A stretch of 64,000 nt of DNA. It comes from Candidatus Eiseniibacteriota bacterium. Lineage in GTDB: Bacteria > Eisenbacteria > RBG-16-71-46. The first letter of the stretch is position 1; each line of letters begins with the position of its first letter. The notes below the pieces were generated by a model, which saw nothing but the letters and a program-made list of their open reading frames with translations, was not told where the DNA came from and searched no databases. Location: NCBI GenBank assembly GCA_963717935.1, contig CAVQXP010000002.1, forward strand, positions 64,001 to 128,000. Reading direction: 5' to 3'. Shown here in pieces: positions 29,457 through 40,282 of this stretch. Position numbers and translations under genes: made by a program.

Positions 29457-31240
29457 CCGCTCGCCAGGTTCTCCAGCTCCAGCCACCGCGCGTAGGCCTG
29501 GTGGATCTCGGCTTCGATCGCGGTGAGGCGCTGGCGGGCCGGCGCGACCTCGTCCCCTCGCGTCGTGTAGAAGCTCGGTGAGGCCATCAGGTCGAAGAGG
29601 GCCTGCTTCTCGGCCTCGAGGCGCTCGATCCTCCCGGGCAGATCGGCCAGCTCCCGCTTCTCCTTGAAGGTGATGCGCCGCGGTCGCGCCGTGCCCCGCT
29701 CCGCCCTGGGCCGGGCGGGCCTCGCGGCGGGAGGAGGCTCGACGGGCTTCCGCTGGCGGAGCCAGTCCTCGTAGCCGCCGACGTACTCGCGCCACTGACC
29801 GGCGCCCTCGAAGACCAGGGTCGAGGTGACGACGTTGTCGAGGAACGCGCGGTCGTGCGAGACGAGCAGCAGCGTGCCCCGGAATTCCAGGAGCATCTCT
29901 TCGAGCAGCTCGAGGGTCTCCAGATCGAGGTCGTTGGTCGGTTCGTCCAGGACGAGGAGGTTGCAGGGCCGCGAGAGGATCTTCGCGAGCTGGAGCCGCT
30001 TGCGCTCGCCGCCGGACAGCCGGAGCACGGGCCCCTGGATCTGCTCGGGGGTGAAGAGGAAGTCGCGCAGATAGCCGACGACGTGGCGTTCGACGCCACC
30101 CACGGTGATCGTATCGCGCCCTTCACCGAGGGTCTCGACGACGGTCTTCGTGTCGTCGAGCGCGTCGTGAAGCTGCTCGAAGTGCGCGACCTCGAGCTTC
30201 GTGCCCGCGGTCACGGAGCCCTGCTGCGGGGCGATCTCCTGGAGGAGCAGGTGGATCAACGTCGTCTTGCCGCACCCGTTGGGCCCCAGGATGCCGACGC
30301 GATCGCCGCGCAGGATCGTCCCGGTGAATCCGCGGACGATCGGCGTGTCGTCGTAGGCGTACCCCAAGTCCTTGCAGCGCAGCACGATGCGCCCCGAGGC
30401 ATCCGCCTCCTGGAGTTGCGCCTTCACGCGCGCCACCTCGTCGCGGCGCGCGCCGCGCTCGACCCGCAGCGCCTCGAGCGCGCGGACCCGGCCTTCGTTC
30501 CGCGTGCGCCGCGCCTTGATCCCGCGCCGGACCCAGGCCTCTTCCAGCGCCAGTTTCCGGTCGAAGAGCGCGGCCTGGTCCACCTCGACGCGCTGCTCCT
30601 CCTCGCGCGTCTCGAGATAGGCGTCGTAGCCGGAGCGGTAGCTGCGGAGCGCGCCGCGGTCCAGGTCGAGGATGCGCGTGGCGAGGCCGCGCAGGAAGCT
30701 GCGGTCGTGGGTGACGAAGATCAGCGTGCCCCGCCGGCGCTGCAGGGCGTCCTCGAGATGGCGGATGGCGTCGATGTCGAGGTGGTTGGTCGGCTCGTCC
30801 AGGATCAGCAGGTCGGGGTCGCGCACCAGGGCCGCCGCGAGCAGGACGCGTCGCTTGGAGCCGGCGGAGAGCGCCGCGAGGGTGGCGTCCAGGTCCAGCG
30901 CCAGGTCGCTCGCCGCCTGGTCGATCCGCGTCTCGATCCGCCATGCGGCGTCGCTCGTCGTCACCCCGCAGATCTCGTGCAGGTACTCCCGGACGGTGCC
31001 GGCGAGGTCGAGGGGCACCTCCTGCTGCAGGCTCGCCACGCGCAGCCCCGGCTGGCGGACCACGTCGCCGGAGTCGGGGGCGAGCGTGCCCTCGAGGAGC
31101 TTGAGGAGCGTGGACTTGCCGGCGCCGTTGCGGCCCAGCAACCCGAGCCGTTCGCCGTCGTCGATCTGGAGGCTCACGGAATCGAGCAGGGGAGGCCCGG
31201 CAAAGGTGAGGCTCACGCCGTTGAGGCTGATCAGCGCCAT
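29453..31240 (-). CDS. uup: ABC-F ATPase, Uup-like
   Basis: Two ABC domains (GRNGAGKST, LDEPTNHLD, GPNGCGKTT, LSGGE, LDEPTNDLD), GIKARRTRNEGRVRAL linker, C-terminal coiled coil. Confidence 0.9.
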   Translation of the reverse strand: MALISLNGVSLTFAGPPLLDSVSLQIDDGERLGLLGRNGAGKSTLLKLLEGTLAPDSGDVVRQPGLRVASLQQEVPLDLAGTVREYLHEICGVTTSDAAWRIETRIDQAASDLALDLDATLAALSAGSKRRVLLAAALVRDPDLLILDEPTNHLDIDAIRHLEDALQRRRGTLIFVTHDRSFLRGLATRILDLDRGALRSYRSGYDAYLETREEEQRVEVDQAALFDRKLALEEAWVRRGIKARRTRNEGRVRALEALRVERGARRDEVARVKAQLQEADASGRIVLRCKDLGYAYDDTPIVRGFTGTILRGDRVGILGPNGCGKTTLIHLLLQEIAPQQGSVTAGTKLEVAHFEQLHDALDDTKTVVETLGEGRDTITVGGVERHVVGYLRDFLFTPEQIQGPVLRLSGGERKRLQLAKILSRPCNLLVLDEPTNDLDLETLELLEEMLLEFRGTLLLVSHDRAFLDNVVTSTLVFEGAGQWREYVGGYEDWLRQRKPVEPPPAARPARPRAERGTARPRRITFKEKRELADLPGRIERLEAEKQALFDLMASPSFYTTRGDEVAPARQRLTAIEAEIHQAYARWLELENLASG

Positions 31241-31353
31241 GGTCTCTCTCGTCTCCTCGCGCCCGAAGAACGGCTCTGCACCCGCCCGGCCCGGCCGGGT
31301 GTAACCTCATCCCGCCTTCCGCGCCACCCACCATAACCGAAATCGAGGCGACC

Positions 31354-31896
31354 TTGGCTCTCGGCGCCGTGATCCACCAGTTCACCGTGCAGCTCTCCCA
31401 CGTGGACCGCGGCGTCTACGAGTCGCTGGACCTGCGCGTCGCGCGGCATCCCTCGGAGAGCGAGGAGTTCCTCTGCGCCCGCGTGCTCGCCTGCTGCCTC
31501 GAGCACCGTGAGGGGCTCGCCTTCTCGCGGGGGCTCGCGGACCCCGACCAGCCGGCGCTCGAGGTGCGGGACCTCACGGGCACGGTGCAGGCCTGGATCG
31601 AGATCGGCACGCCGGACGCCGCCCGGCTGCACCGGGCCAGCAAGGCGGCGCCGCGGGTGGTGGTCTACACGCATCGCGACGCCGGGCGCTACTGGGACTC
31701 GCTCGCGGGCGCGCGCATCCATCGCGCGGAGTCGCTCGAGCTCTACGGGCTCGATCGCGCGCTGGTGGCGGCACTGGTCGCGCACCTGGAGAGGCGCATG
31801 GCGTTCGACCTGTCGGTGGCGGACGGGGTGCTCTACCTGACGCTGGGCGGGGAGTTGTTCACCGGCCTCGTGACCACGCGCCGCCTGGGGGCGTAG
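31354..31896 (+). CDS. yaeQ: YaeQ family protein
   Basis: MALGAVI, DRGVYE, ARHPSE, FSRGL..PD.P, WIEIGTPD..RL.RASK. Confidence 0.9.
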   Translation: MALGAVIHQFTVQLSHVDRGVYESLDLRVARHPSESEEFLCARVLACCLEHREGLAFSRGLADPDQPALEVRDLTGTVQAWIEIGTPDAARLHRASKAAPRVVVYTHRDAGRYWDSLAGARIHRAESLELYGLDRALVAALVAHLERRMAFDLSVADGVLYLTLGGELFTGLVTTRRLGA

Positions 31897-32017
31897 GCGC
31901 GGGCGCGACGCCGCGGCGGGGGAGACGCGCCGGCAGGGACGCGCCCCCGGGGGAGCGCGCGTGGGCGGAACGCGCCGGAGGATGTTATCCTGCCGCCTCG
32001 AAGGGGACCCCCCACTC

Positions 32018-32998
32018 GTGCTCTCACCCGACACGCTGAACCTGGACGCGGCCGCCGCGGCCGCTGAGATCGAGCAGGCCATTCGCGAGCAGGTGCTCGG
32101 CACGCTCCGGCGCCGCGGCGCGGTGGTCGGCGTCTCCGGGGGCGTCGACAGCTCGGTGGTCGCCACGCTCTGTGCCCGGGCCCTGGGGCGGGAGCGCGTG
32201 CTGGCGCTGCTGATGCCCGAGCGCGACTCGGGCGACGCCGGGCTGGCGCTGGGCCGGGCGCTGGGCGCGCACCTGGGGGTCGCGACCCTCGTGGAGGACA
32301 TCGGCCCGATCCTCGTGGCGGCCGGCTGCTACGAGCGCCAGGCGGCGGCGATCCGGCTGGTGTTCCCCGAGTACGGCGAGGGCTGTCGCTGCAAGGTGGC
32401 CCTGCCGCCGATCCTCGACGGGGAGCGTCTGAACGTCTCGCAGCTCGTCATCGAGACGCCGTCCGGCGAGCGGAAATCCGCGCGGCTGCCGCTCGAGGCC
32501 TACCTGCAGCTGATCGCGGCCACGAACTTCAAGCAGCGGACCCGCGCGATGATGGAGTATCACCACGCGGACCGGCTGCACTATGCCGTGGCGGGCACGC
32601 CCAACCTGCTGGAATACGACCAGGGGTTCTTCGTGAAGCAGGGCGACGGCGCGGCGGACTTCAAGCCGATCGCGCACCTCTACAAGACGCAGGTCTACCA
32701 GCTCGCGGAGTTCCTGGGGGTGCCCGAGGAGATCCGCAGCCAGCCGCCCACCACCGCCACGTTCTCGCTGCCGCAGACGCAGGAGGAGTTCTTCTTCGGG
32801 CTGCCCTACGGCCAGATGGACCTCTGCCTCTATGGCCGCGACCACGGCGTGCCCGCCGCCGAGGTCGCGGGCGCGACCGGATTGACGGCCGGGCAGGTCG
32901 AGCGCGTGTACCGCGACATCGACCAGAAGCGGCGCACGACGCGGCCCCTGCACCTCGGGCCGCTGCTCGTGCGTCCGGTGCCCGAGGTCGGCGACTGA
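32018..32998 (+). CDS. nadE: NH3-dependent NAD synthetase-like ATP pyrophosphatase
   Basis: VSGGVDSS PP-loop, NFKQRTR, GTPN, FFVKQGDGAAD, KPIAHLYKTQV; no glutaminase domain; coupled to asnB. Confidence 0.8.
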   Translation: MLSPDTLNLDAAAAAAEIEQAIREQVLGTLRRRGAVVGVSGGVDSSVVATLCARALGRERVLALLMPERDSGDAGLALGRALGAHLGVATLVEDIGPILVAAGCYERQAAAIRLVFPEYGEGCRCKVALPPILDGERLNVSQLVIETPSGERKSARLPLEAYLQLIAATNFKQRTRAMMEYHHADRLHYAVAGTPNLLEYDQGFFVKQGDGAADFKPIAHLYKTQVYQLAEFLGVPEEIRSQPPTTATFSLPQTQEEFFFGLPYGQMDLCLYGRDHGVPAAEVAGATGLTAGQVERVYRDIDQKRRTTRPLHLGPLLVRPVPEVGD

Positions 32999-35006
32999 TG
33001 TGCGGCATCGCCGGGGTGCTGGGGCTCAGGGACGGGCTCGAGCCGGTCGGCGTCGATGTCCTCGCCCGGATGGCCGGCGCGCTGCGCCACCGCGGGCCCG
33101 AGGAGTCCGGGGCCTATCGCGACGAACACGCGGGCCTGGCCCACGCCCGGCTCTCGATCATCGACCTGGCCACCGGCCAGCAGCCGCTCGCCAACGAGGA
33201 CGGCACGCTGTGGATCGTCTTCAACGGCGAGATCTACAACTACGTCGAGCTGCGCGCCGAGCTGGAGGCCCTGGGGCATCGCTTCCGCACCCGCAGCGAC
33301 ACCGAGGTCGTCGCGCACGCCTGGGAGGCGTGGCGCGAGGAGGCCTTCGAGCGCTTCAACGGGCAGTGGGCGCTGGCGCTGTGGGACCGCCGTGCCGGCG
33401 AGCTGGTGCTGTGCCGCGACCGCGTGGGGGTGCGCCCGCTCTACCTGTGCGAGCACGGCGGGCGCCTGTACTTCGCGAGCGAGGTGAAGGCCCTGTTCGC
33501 CGCCGATGCCGGCATCCCGCGCGCGCTCGACCCGCAGGGCCTCGCCGAGGTCTTCACCTTCTGGTCCTGCCAGGCCCCGCGCACCGCGTTCGCGGGCGTG
33601 ACGCAGCTCGAGCCCGGGCACTTGCGCATCTACGCCGGCGGGCGGATGAGCGATCGCTGCTGGTGGAGCCCGCACTACCCGGCGGGAGAGGAGGGCCGGT
33701 TCGCGGGCTCGCTCGGCGACGCCGAAGCGGCGCTGCGCGCCGCGCTCGAGCAGGCCACGCGGCTGCGCGTCGTGCGCTCGGACGTGCCGGTGGGCAGCTA
33801 CCTGTCGGGCGGCCTGGACAGCTCGCTGATCGCGGCGCTCGGGCTGCGGGCCCAGGGCGCGCGCTTCCTGACCTTCTCGGTGCGCTTCGAGGACGCCGAG
33901 TACGACGAGGCGCGCTACCAGCACCGGATGGCCGCGCACCTGGGCAGCGAGCACCGCGAGGTCGTGGTGTCGCGGGGGGACATCGCCGCGGTGTTCCCCG
34001 ACGTGGTCGCGCACGCCGAGTGCCCGATCCTGCGCACGGCGCCCGCGCCGATGTTCGTGCTCTCGCGGCTGGTGCACGAAGCCGGGATCAAGGTGGTGCT
34101 CACCGGGGAAGGCGCCGACGAGTTGTTCGCGGGATACGACCTGTTCCGCGAGGCGCGGGTGCGGCGCTTCTGGGCGCGCCAGCCCGGTTCGACCGCGCGG
34201 CCGCGGCTGCTCGAGCGGCTCTATCCCTGGCTGGCCCGCTCGCCGGTGACCCAGGGCGCGATGAGCCACCGTTTCTTCGGCCAGGACCTGGCGCGCTGGC
34301 GGGAGCCCGGCTTCGGCCACGGGCTGCGCTGGCGCTCCGCCGCGGCGCTGCGGCGGCTGATGTCGCCCGCGCTGCGCGCGACGCTCGAGGGGGCCGATCC
34401 CGTCGCGCGAGCTGCTGGCGACGCTGCCGCCGGAGTTCCCCCGCTGGTCCTTCCTGTCGCGGGACCAGCTACCTCGAGGTGCGGACCCTGCTGTCGAGCT
34501 ACCTGCTCTCCTCGCAGGGCGACCGGATGCTGATGGCGCACTCGGTCGAGGGACGCTTCCCGTTCCTCGACCGCGAGGTCATGGCCCTGGCGGGCACGCT
34601 CCCGGACGGCTACCTGCTGCAGGGGCTCGAGGAGAAGCGCGTCCTGCGCGACGTCGCGCGCGACCTGCTCCCGGCGGAGATCCTCGCCCGCAAGAAGCAG
34701 CCGTACCGGGCCCCGGACGCGCTCTCGTTCGTGGGTCCCGGGGTTCCGGGCTGGGTGTCCGAGGCGCTGTCGGAGACGGCGCTGGCCCGGGCCGGCGTGT
34801 TCGATCCCGGGCTCGTCCACCAGCTCCACCGGAAGTGCCTGGAACGGGGGGAGAAGACACCGGCCTCGAATGCCGATAACATGGCACTGGTCGGCGTCCT
34901 CTCCACCCAACTGCTGCACGAGTCGTTCGTTGGCGGTGCGGCACGCGAGGCCCGGCCGGCCGTGTTCGACACCCTGACCGATCGCCTGCAAGGAGGGGCC
35001 GCGTGA
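32998..35006 (+). CDS. asnB: Asparagine synthase (glutamine-hydrolysing)-like amidotransferase, frameshifts near 34408 and 34469
   Basis: MCGIAG, HRGP, RLSIIDL..G.QP, FNGEIYN, SDTEV, LSGGLDSS, LTGEGADE; C-terminal GDRMLMAHSVEGRFPFLD in another frame. Confidence 0.88.
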
Positions 35007-36587
35007 GCCCGTTCCAGCACGTGCAGCGCTGGCCCGCCGCGGTGCCGCAGCTCCACGACTACCTGATCGCGACCGCCGCGCGGCTGCCCGGCAAGGTGGC
35101 GCTGGTCTGCGACGGGCAGCGGCTCACCTACGCGGAGCTCGAGGCCTCGTCCAACGCGCTGGCCCACGCGCTGGTCCGCCGCGGTGTGGCCCGGGGCGAC
35201 CGCGTGGTGATCTTCGCCGACAACACGGTGCAGACCGTCATCGCCTTCTGGGGCGTCCTCAAGGCGAGTGCGGTGACGGCCATCGTCAACTCCCAGGTCA
35301 AGACCGACAAGCTCGCCGGCCTGCTGAACGATTGCCGGGCGGCGGCGCTGATCACGGATGCGCGCCACACGGCCATCTTCGCCGGGGCGGCGGCGCGCTC
35401 GGCGCACCTGAAGGCCACGCTCATCGCGGGCCCGCGGGACGAGAGCCGCACCGCCCACCTGCCCGGCGTGGCGGACTGGGACGCGGCGCTGGCGGCCGAG
35501 CCGCGCGACACGGCCCCGCCCCGCCTCAATCTCGACATCGATCTGGCCTCCATCGTCTACTCGTCGGGCACCACGGGCACGCCCAAGGCGATCATGCTGA
35601 CCCACCGCAACATGCTCACGGCGGCCACGTCGATCTCCACCTACCTGGAGAACGTCGAGGACGACGTGATCCTCGACGTGCTGCCGCTGGCGCTCACCTA
35701 CGGCCTCTACCAGCTCATCACCGCGGTCAAGGTGGGAGCGCGCCTGGTGCTGGAGCGGTCCTTCGCCTACCCCGCGGAGGTGCTCAAGCGGATGGTCGAG
35801 GAGGGCGTGACCGGCCTGCCGGGCGTGCCCACGATGTTCGCCCTGCTGGGAGAGATGAAGACGCTGTCGCGAGCACGACTTCTCGAAGCTGCGCTACGTG
35901 ACCAACGCGGCGGCCGCGCTCCCGGTCAAGCACCTCCGCATGCTGCGGGAACTGCTGCCGGGGGCGAAGATCTACTCGATGTACGGTCAGACCGAGTGCG
36001 CCCGGGGCGCCTACCTGCCGCCGGAGGACGTGGACCGCAAGCCGGACAGCATCGGCATCGCCCCCCCGAACATGGAGTTCTGGCTGGTCGACGAGAACGA
36101 TGAGAAGGTCGGCCCCGGCGAGATCGGCCAGCTGGTCATCCGCAGCGCGATGGTCATGAAGGGCTACTGGGAGAAGCCGGAAGCCACCGCCGAGCGGCTG
36201 CGGCCCGGGCCCCTGCCGGGTGAGCAGGTGCTCTACACCGGCGACTACGGGCGCTTCGACGAGGACGGATACCTCTATTTCGTCAGCCGCATGGACGACA
36301 TCATCAAGAGCCGCGGCGAGAAGGTCTCGCCCCGGGAGGTGGAGAACGCCCTGGTGGACATCGCGGGCGTCAAGGAGGCGGCCGTCGTCGGCGTGCCCGA
36401 CCCGATCCTGGGGCAGGCGGTGAAGGCGTTCGTGATCCTCGAGCAGGGGGCGACGCTGACGGAGAAGACGGTCCAGATCGAGTGCGGGAAGCGCCTGGAA
36501 GCCTTCCTGGTGCCGAAGACGGTCGTGTTCGTGAGCGACCTGCCGCGCACCAGTGGCGGCAAGATCAAGAAGACCGACCTGAGGTAG
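35003..36587 (+). CDS. AMP-dependent acyl/aminoacyl ligase, frameshift near 35870
   Basis: YSSGTTGTPK; after the shift MYGQTE, YTGD, RMDDIIKSRGEKVSPREVE, LPRTSGGKIKK. Confidence 0.88.
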
Positions 36588-36594
36588 CCAGCCG

Positions 36595-36867
36595 ATGACC
36601 ATCGAGCAGCGCGTGCGCGACTTCGTCACCAGCAACTTCTTCGTCTCCGATGTCGCCAGCCTGACCGACGACGCATCGCTGCTGGACCTGGGCGTGGTAG
36701 ATTCGACGGGCGTGCTCGAGATCATCGGTTTCCTCGAGCAGGCGTTCGGCCTGACCGTCGAGGACGACGAGATCGTGCCGGCGAACCTGGACTCGATCGC
36801 CCGGATCGCGGCGTACGTGGGACGGAAGCTCGGCGCGCCGGGCCCCGGTGGTCCCGGGGTCGGATGA
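36595..36867 (+). CDS. Acyl carrier protein (DltC-like type)
   Basis: Small acidic protein; LGVVDSTG phosphopantetheine site; NLDSIARI. Confidence 0.9.
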   Translation: MTIEQRVRDFVTSNFFVSDVASLTDDASLLDLGVVDSTGVLEIIGFLEQAFGLTVEDDEIVPANLDSIARIAAYVGRKLGAPGPGGPGVG

Positions 36868-36903
36868 CGGGAAGCCGGGGGGCGACGCAGGAGGCGGACG
36901 AAC

Positions 36904-37755
36904 ATGGCGAATCCGGCTGGATCGCGGTGGGTGGGCCCTTTGCTGTTCTCTGCAGCGCTGCTGACAGGGGCATGTCGAGGTGGAGCCGTGAGAGAGGAAC
37001 CCATGCACAGGGCATCGCTTCGCGAGGTGCCTGATACGGCCTGGCAGAGCCTGGGGACGAAGCGCCTCTTCTTCGGCCACCAGTCCGTCGGCGGCAACAT
37101 CATGGACGGCGTGCGTGACGTCGTTCGGGACGAGCCGCGCATCGGTCTGCGCGTGGCCGAGGGCGAAGACGCCCTGGCCGGTGGCGCCGTGCTCTTCGCG
37201 CACGGGCGCGTCGGCAGGAACGGCGATCCGGGGCTCAAGACCGACGAGTTCGCCCGGCTGATCGAGGGCCCTCTGCGCGGCAAGGTCGACGTGGCGTTCC
37301 ACAAGTACTGCTATGCGGACCTCTCCGAGACGACCGACATCCCCGCCGCGTTCGACCACTACCGGAAGACGATGGCGCGCCTGCGGGCGGAGTTCCCGGA
37401 GGTGGTCTTCGTGCACGTGACGACCCCGCTCGTGCGGGTCCAGTCCGGGCCGAGGGCGACGCTCAAACTGCTGCTCGGGCGGAGCCCGGGCCGCTATGGC
37501 GGCAATTTCGCGCGGGAGCGCTTCAACGACCTCATGCGGGACGCCTATCGCGGCAGGGAGCCGCTGTTCGACCTCGCCGCCATCGAGTCCACCCGCCCCG
37601 ACGGCGGCCGGGAGGCCATCCGGTCCGGGAGCCGCAGCGGCTACGCTCTGGTCCCCGCCTACACGTCGGACAACTCGCACCTCAACGAGCTGGGGAGACG
37701 CCGGGTGGCGGAAGAGCTGCTGGTGTTCCTCGCGCGAATCCCCGCGTCGAAGTGA
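36904..37755 (+). CDS. Exported SGNH-hydrolase-like protein (possible lipoprotein)
   Basis: GGAGG RBS; hydrophobic leader ending LTGAC; FFGHQSVG and DNSHLN resemble SGNH blocks I and V. Confidence 0.55.
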   Translation: MANPAGSRWVGPLLFSAALLTGACRGGAVREEPMHRASLREVPDTAWQSLGTKRLFFGHQSVGGNIMDGVRDVVRDEPRIGLRVAEGEDALAGGAVLFAHGRVGRNGDPGLKTDEFARLIEGPLRGKVDVAFHKYCYADLSETTDIPAAFDHYRKTMARLRAEFPEVVFVHVTTPLVRVQSGPRATLKLLLGRSPGRYGGNFARERFNDLMRDAYRGREPLFDLAAIESTRPDGGREAIRSGSRSGYALVPAYTSDNSHLNELGRRRVAEELLVFLARIPASK

Positions 37756-37855
37756 GGAAGCTCACGGGGCTTCCCGGGGAGACCCGGGTCGCGGTGACGC
37801 CGTGAACGGGCCCGAGGGGGAGGCCGCTCTTCCGCGCACGGAGACCCGGACCGTG

Positions 37856-38942
37856 ATGCCGATGGACCGGGAGAGGACCGCGCGGATCGTCCCGTTCGCA
37901 CCGGACCTGCTGCCGGCCGTGCGCGGATTCTCCGAGCGGTACTGGTCCCGCCCGCGGAGCGATGCCTACTACGACTGGCGCTATCTGCGGTCGCAGCCGT
38001 TCAGCAGGATGTTCGTGGCGATCCAGGACGACGACTGCCTCGGCATGCTGTTCGCGCTGCGCAAGCGCTATCGGGTCGGCGGCAGGCCCACCGCGTGCCT
38101 GGAGGTCTTCGACTGGCACTGCCTGCCGGGACTGCGCGGCTCCGGGATCGGGATCCGCCTGATGCGGGCCATGATGCGGGAGCCGGAGCCCGTCATCTCG
38201 GTCGGGGGGACGGCGGACGTGCTCGCGACCCTGCCCCTGATGGGCTGGGAAGCGATCGGCGTGGCCCAGAGATACGAACTGCCCGTGTCCGGTGACGTGC
38301 TGGCGGACCGGCTCCAGCGCCGCGTGGGGCTGCCCGCGATGTTGTCCCGGCTCGCCCTGGGCGTCGTGTCGGCGGGCTATTACATGCCCCGGCGCCGCGG
38401 GGTCCCCAGGGCCTCGCGCGTGACGCGGAGCGGGCTGCCCGGCGAGGAGATCCGGCAGCTCTACGCGGGAGGAGACGGGCTACGGCTTCGTCCAGGAGCC
38501 GGATCCGGACCTGCTCCGGTGGACGGTGGACGGCGCCTGGAGCGGGACCTACCGGTTCCTCACGTTCATCGTCGAGGGGCGGCCGCGGGGCTGGGCGATG
38601 ACACGTACCCACGCCACGGAACGGGGCCTCGAGGCCTCCATCGTCGAGATGTTCGCGCCACGGCCGGATGCCGCCCTCTATACGTGGATGGTGTCCGAGG
38701 CCGCCACGTCGCTCATGGACGACCGGCCCTGCCGGCTGCACGCCCGCGCCAGCTGTCCGCTCCTGCAGGCGGCGCTGCTCGCCAACCGCTTCCGGATGGT
38801 GGCTCCGGAAAGCCCGATCCACGTCTGGCCGAAGGGCGTGGGGGACCGGGCCGCCTCGCTCCACGTCACCCTCGACCACTCCGATGGTCCGCTCCTGCCG
38901 TATGAACCCGAGGTGCGGGCCAGCGCGAAGTCCCCCCCGTGA
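37856..38942 (+). CDS. GNAT-fold acyltransferase-like protein, frameshift near 38469
   Basis: YYDWRY..P, DWHCLPGLRGSGIGIRLM acetyl-CoA-binding-like motif; removing one G joins 37856.. to 38526..38942. Confidence 0.65.
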
Positions 38943-40282
38943 AGCACGCGCGGCCGGAGCGGGCCCGCCCGACGGGCCAGGCGGTGGCCGGCATCCTCTT
39001 CGTCGAGGTGAGCCGGTTCCCGTCCTACGGCGGCACGAAGCGGGTGGTCGTGAACCTCGCCCGCGCGCTGGACCGCAGGCGCTTCGAGCCGCGGGCCCTG
39101 TTCTACCGGGATGGGCCGTGGGTCGCGGACCTCGAGGCGGCGGGGGTCCCGGTCACCGTCTTCGAGCCACCCTCGGCGGAGCCGGCGTCCGTGGCTGCCC
39201 GGTCCGGGGCGACAGGCCGCGTCCCCGCCTGGCTGAGCGGCGCAGGGATGCAGATCAGCGCCGACGGGGACGTCCGCCGCTCCGCCGTGCGGCGCTCCGT
39301 CTCCGATCTGCTCTCCTGGTGGCGCCTCCTCGGCCGGGACCGGGAGCAGGCCCGCCGGCTCGTCGGCCTGGTTCCGCCCGGGACCCGCCTGATCCACGTC
39401 AATTCGTCCATGGTGGCCGACTATTCCTGGTTCCACGTGGCGCGGTGGTGCCGGGTCCCCTTCGTGACGCACGAGCACGGGATCTGGAAGCCGCGCCGCG
39501 CCGCGTACCACGCCGTCGCCGCGCGGGCCGCATCCGTCCTCTGCCTCACGCAGGAGCGGGTGGACCAGTTGCACGAGCACCTCCACGGGCGGGTGCGTGC
39601 CGATCTCCTGCCCAACGGCCTGGCGGTGGACCGGCTCGCGCCGGCCCGCGACCGGGCGACGGTGCGAGCGGAACTGGGCGTGCCCCAGGACCTGCCGCTC
39701 GTCATCACGGCGGGACATCTGCAGGAGTGGAAGGGCCAAGCCCTCGCGGTCGAGGCTGCCGCCAGCCTGGCGGGCCGCGGGCTGGAGTTCCTGTGGATCT
39801 TCTGCGGGGAGGAGCTGGATCCGGCCTACGCCGAAGCCCTGCGGCGACGCATCGCGGAGGCGGGTCTGTCCGCGAGCGTGCGGATCCTGGGAGCGCGTGC
39901 CGATCTCCCCGACCTGTTCGCCGCATCCGATCTCGCCGTGCACACCTCGATCCGGCCCGAGCCCTTCGGGATGGTCGTGCTGGAAGCCATGCTGCAAGGC
40001 CTGCCGGTCGTCGGGCCTCGCGAGGGGGCGGTCCCCGCACTGGTCCGGGACGGCGTGGACGGCCGCCTGGTCCGGCCGCGGGATGCCGAGGCGCTGGCCG
40101 CCGCGGTCTTCGACCTGGTGACGTCGCCACAGCTGCGGCGCGCGATGGGCAGCGCGGCCCGCTCCCGGGTGCGCGAGTCGTTCGACGTGAAGAGCCAGGC
40201 GCGGAAGCTGGAAGCCATCTACGAGCGCGCTCTCGGGCGGGACGCGCGGGCCGACGGCCTGGGAGCCGGGGGACCGTTGTGA
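38939..40282 (+). CDS. Glycosyltransferase family 4
   Basis: YGG, THEHG, LPNGL, KGQ, SIRPEPFGMVVLEAM, DGVDG. Confidence 0.9.
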   Translation: MKHARPERARPTGQAVAGILFVEVSRFPSYGGTKRVVVNLARALDRRRFEPRALFYRDGPWVADLEAAGVPVTVFEPPSAEPASVAARSGATGRVPAWLSGAGMQISADGDVRRSAVRRSVSDLLSWWRLLGRDREQARRLVGLVPPGTRLIHVNSSMVADYSWFHVARWCRVPFVTHEHGIWKPRRAAYHAVAARAASVLCLTQERVDQLHEHLHGRVRADLLPNGLAVDRLAPARDRATVRAELGVPQDLPLVITAGHLQEWKGQALAVEAAASLAGRGLEFLWIFCGEELDPAYAEALRRRIAEAGLSASVRILGARADLPDLFAASDLAVHTSIRPEPFGMVVLEAMLQGLPVVGPREGAVPALVRDGVDGRLVRPRDAEALAAAVFDLVTSPQLRRAMGSAARSRVRESFDVKSQARKLEAIYERALGRDARADGLGAGGPL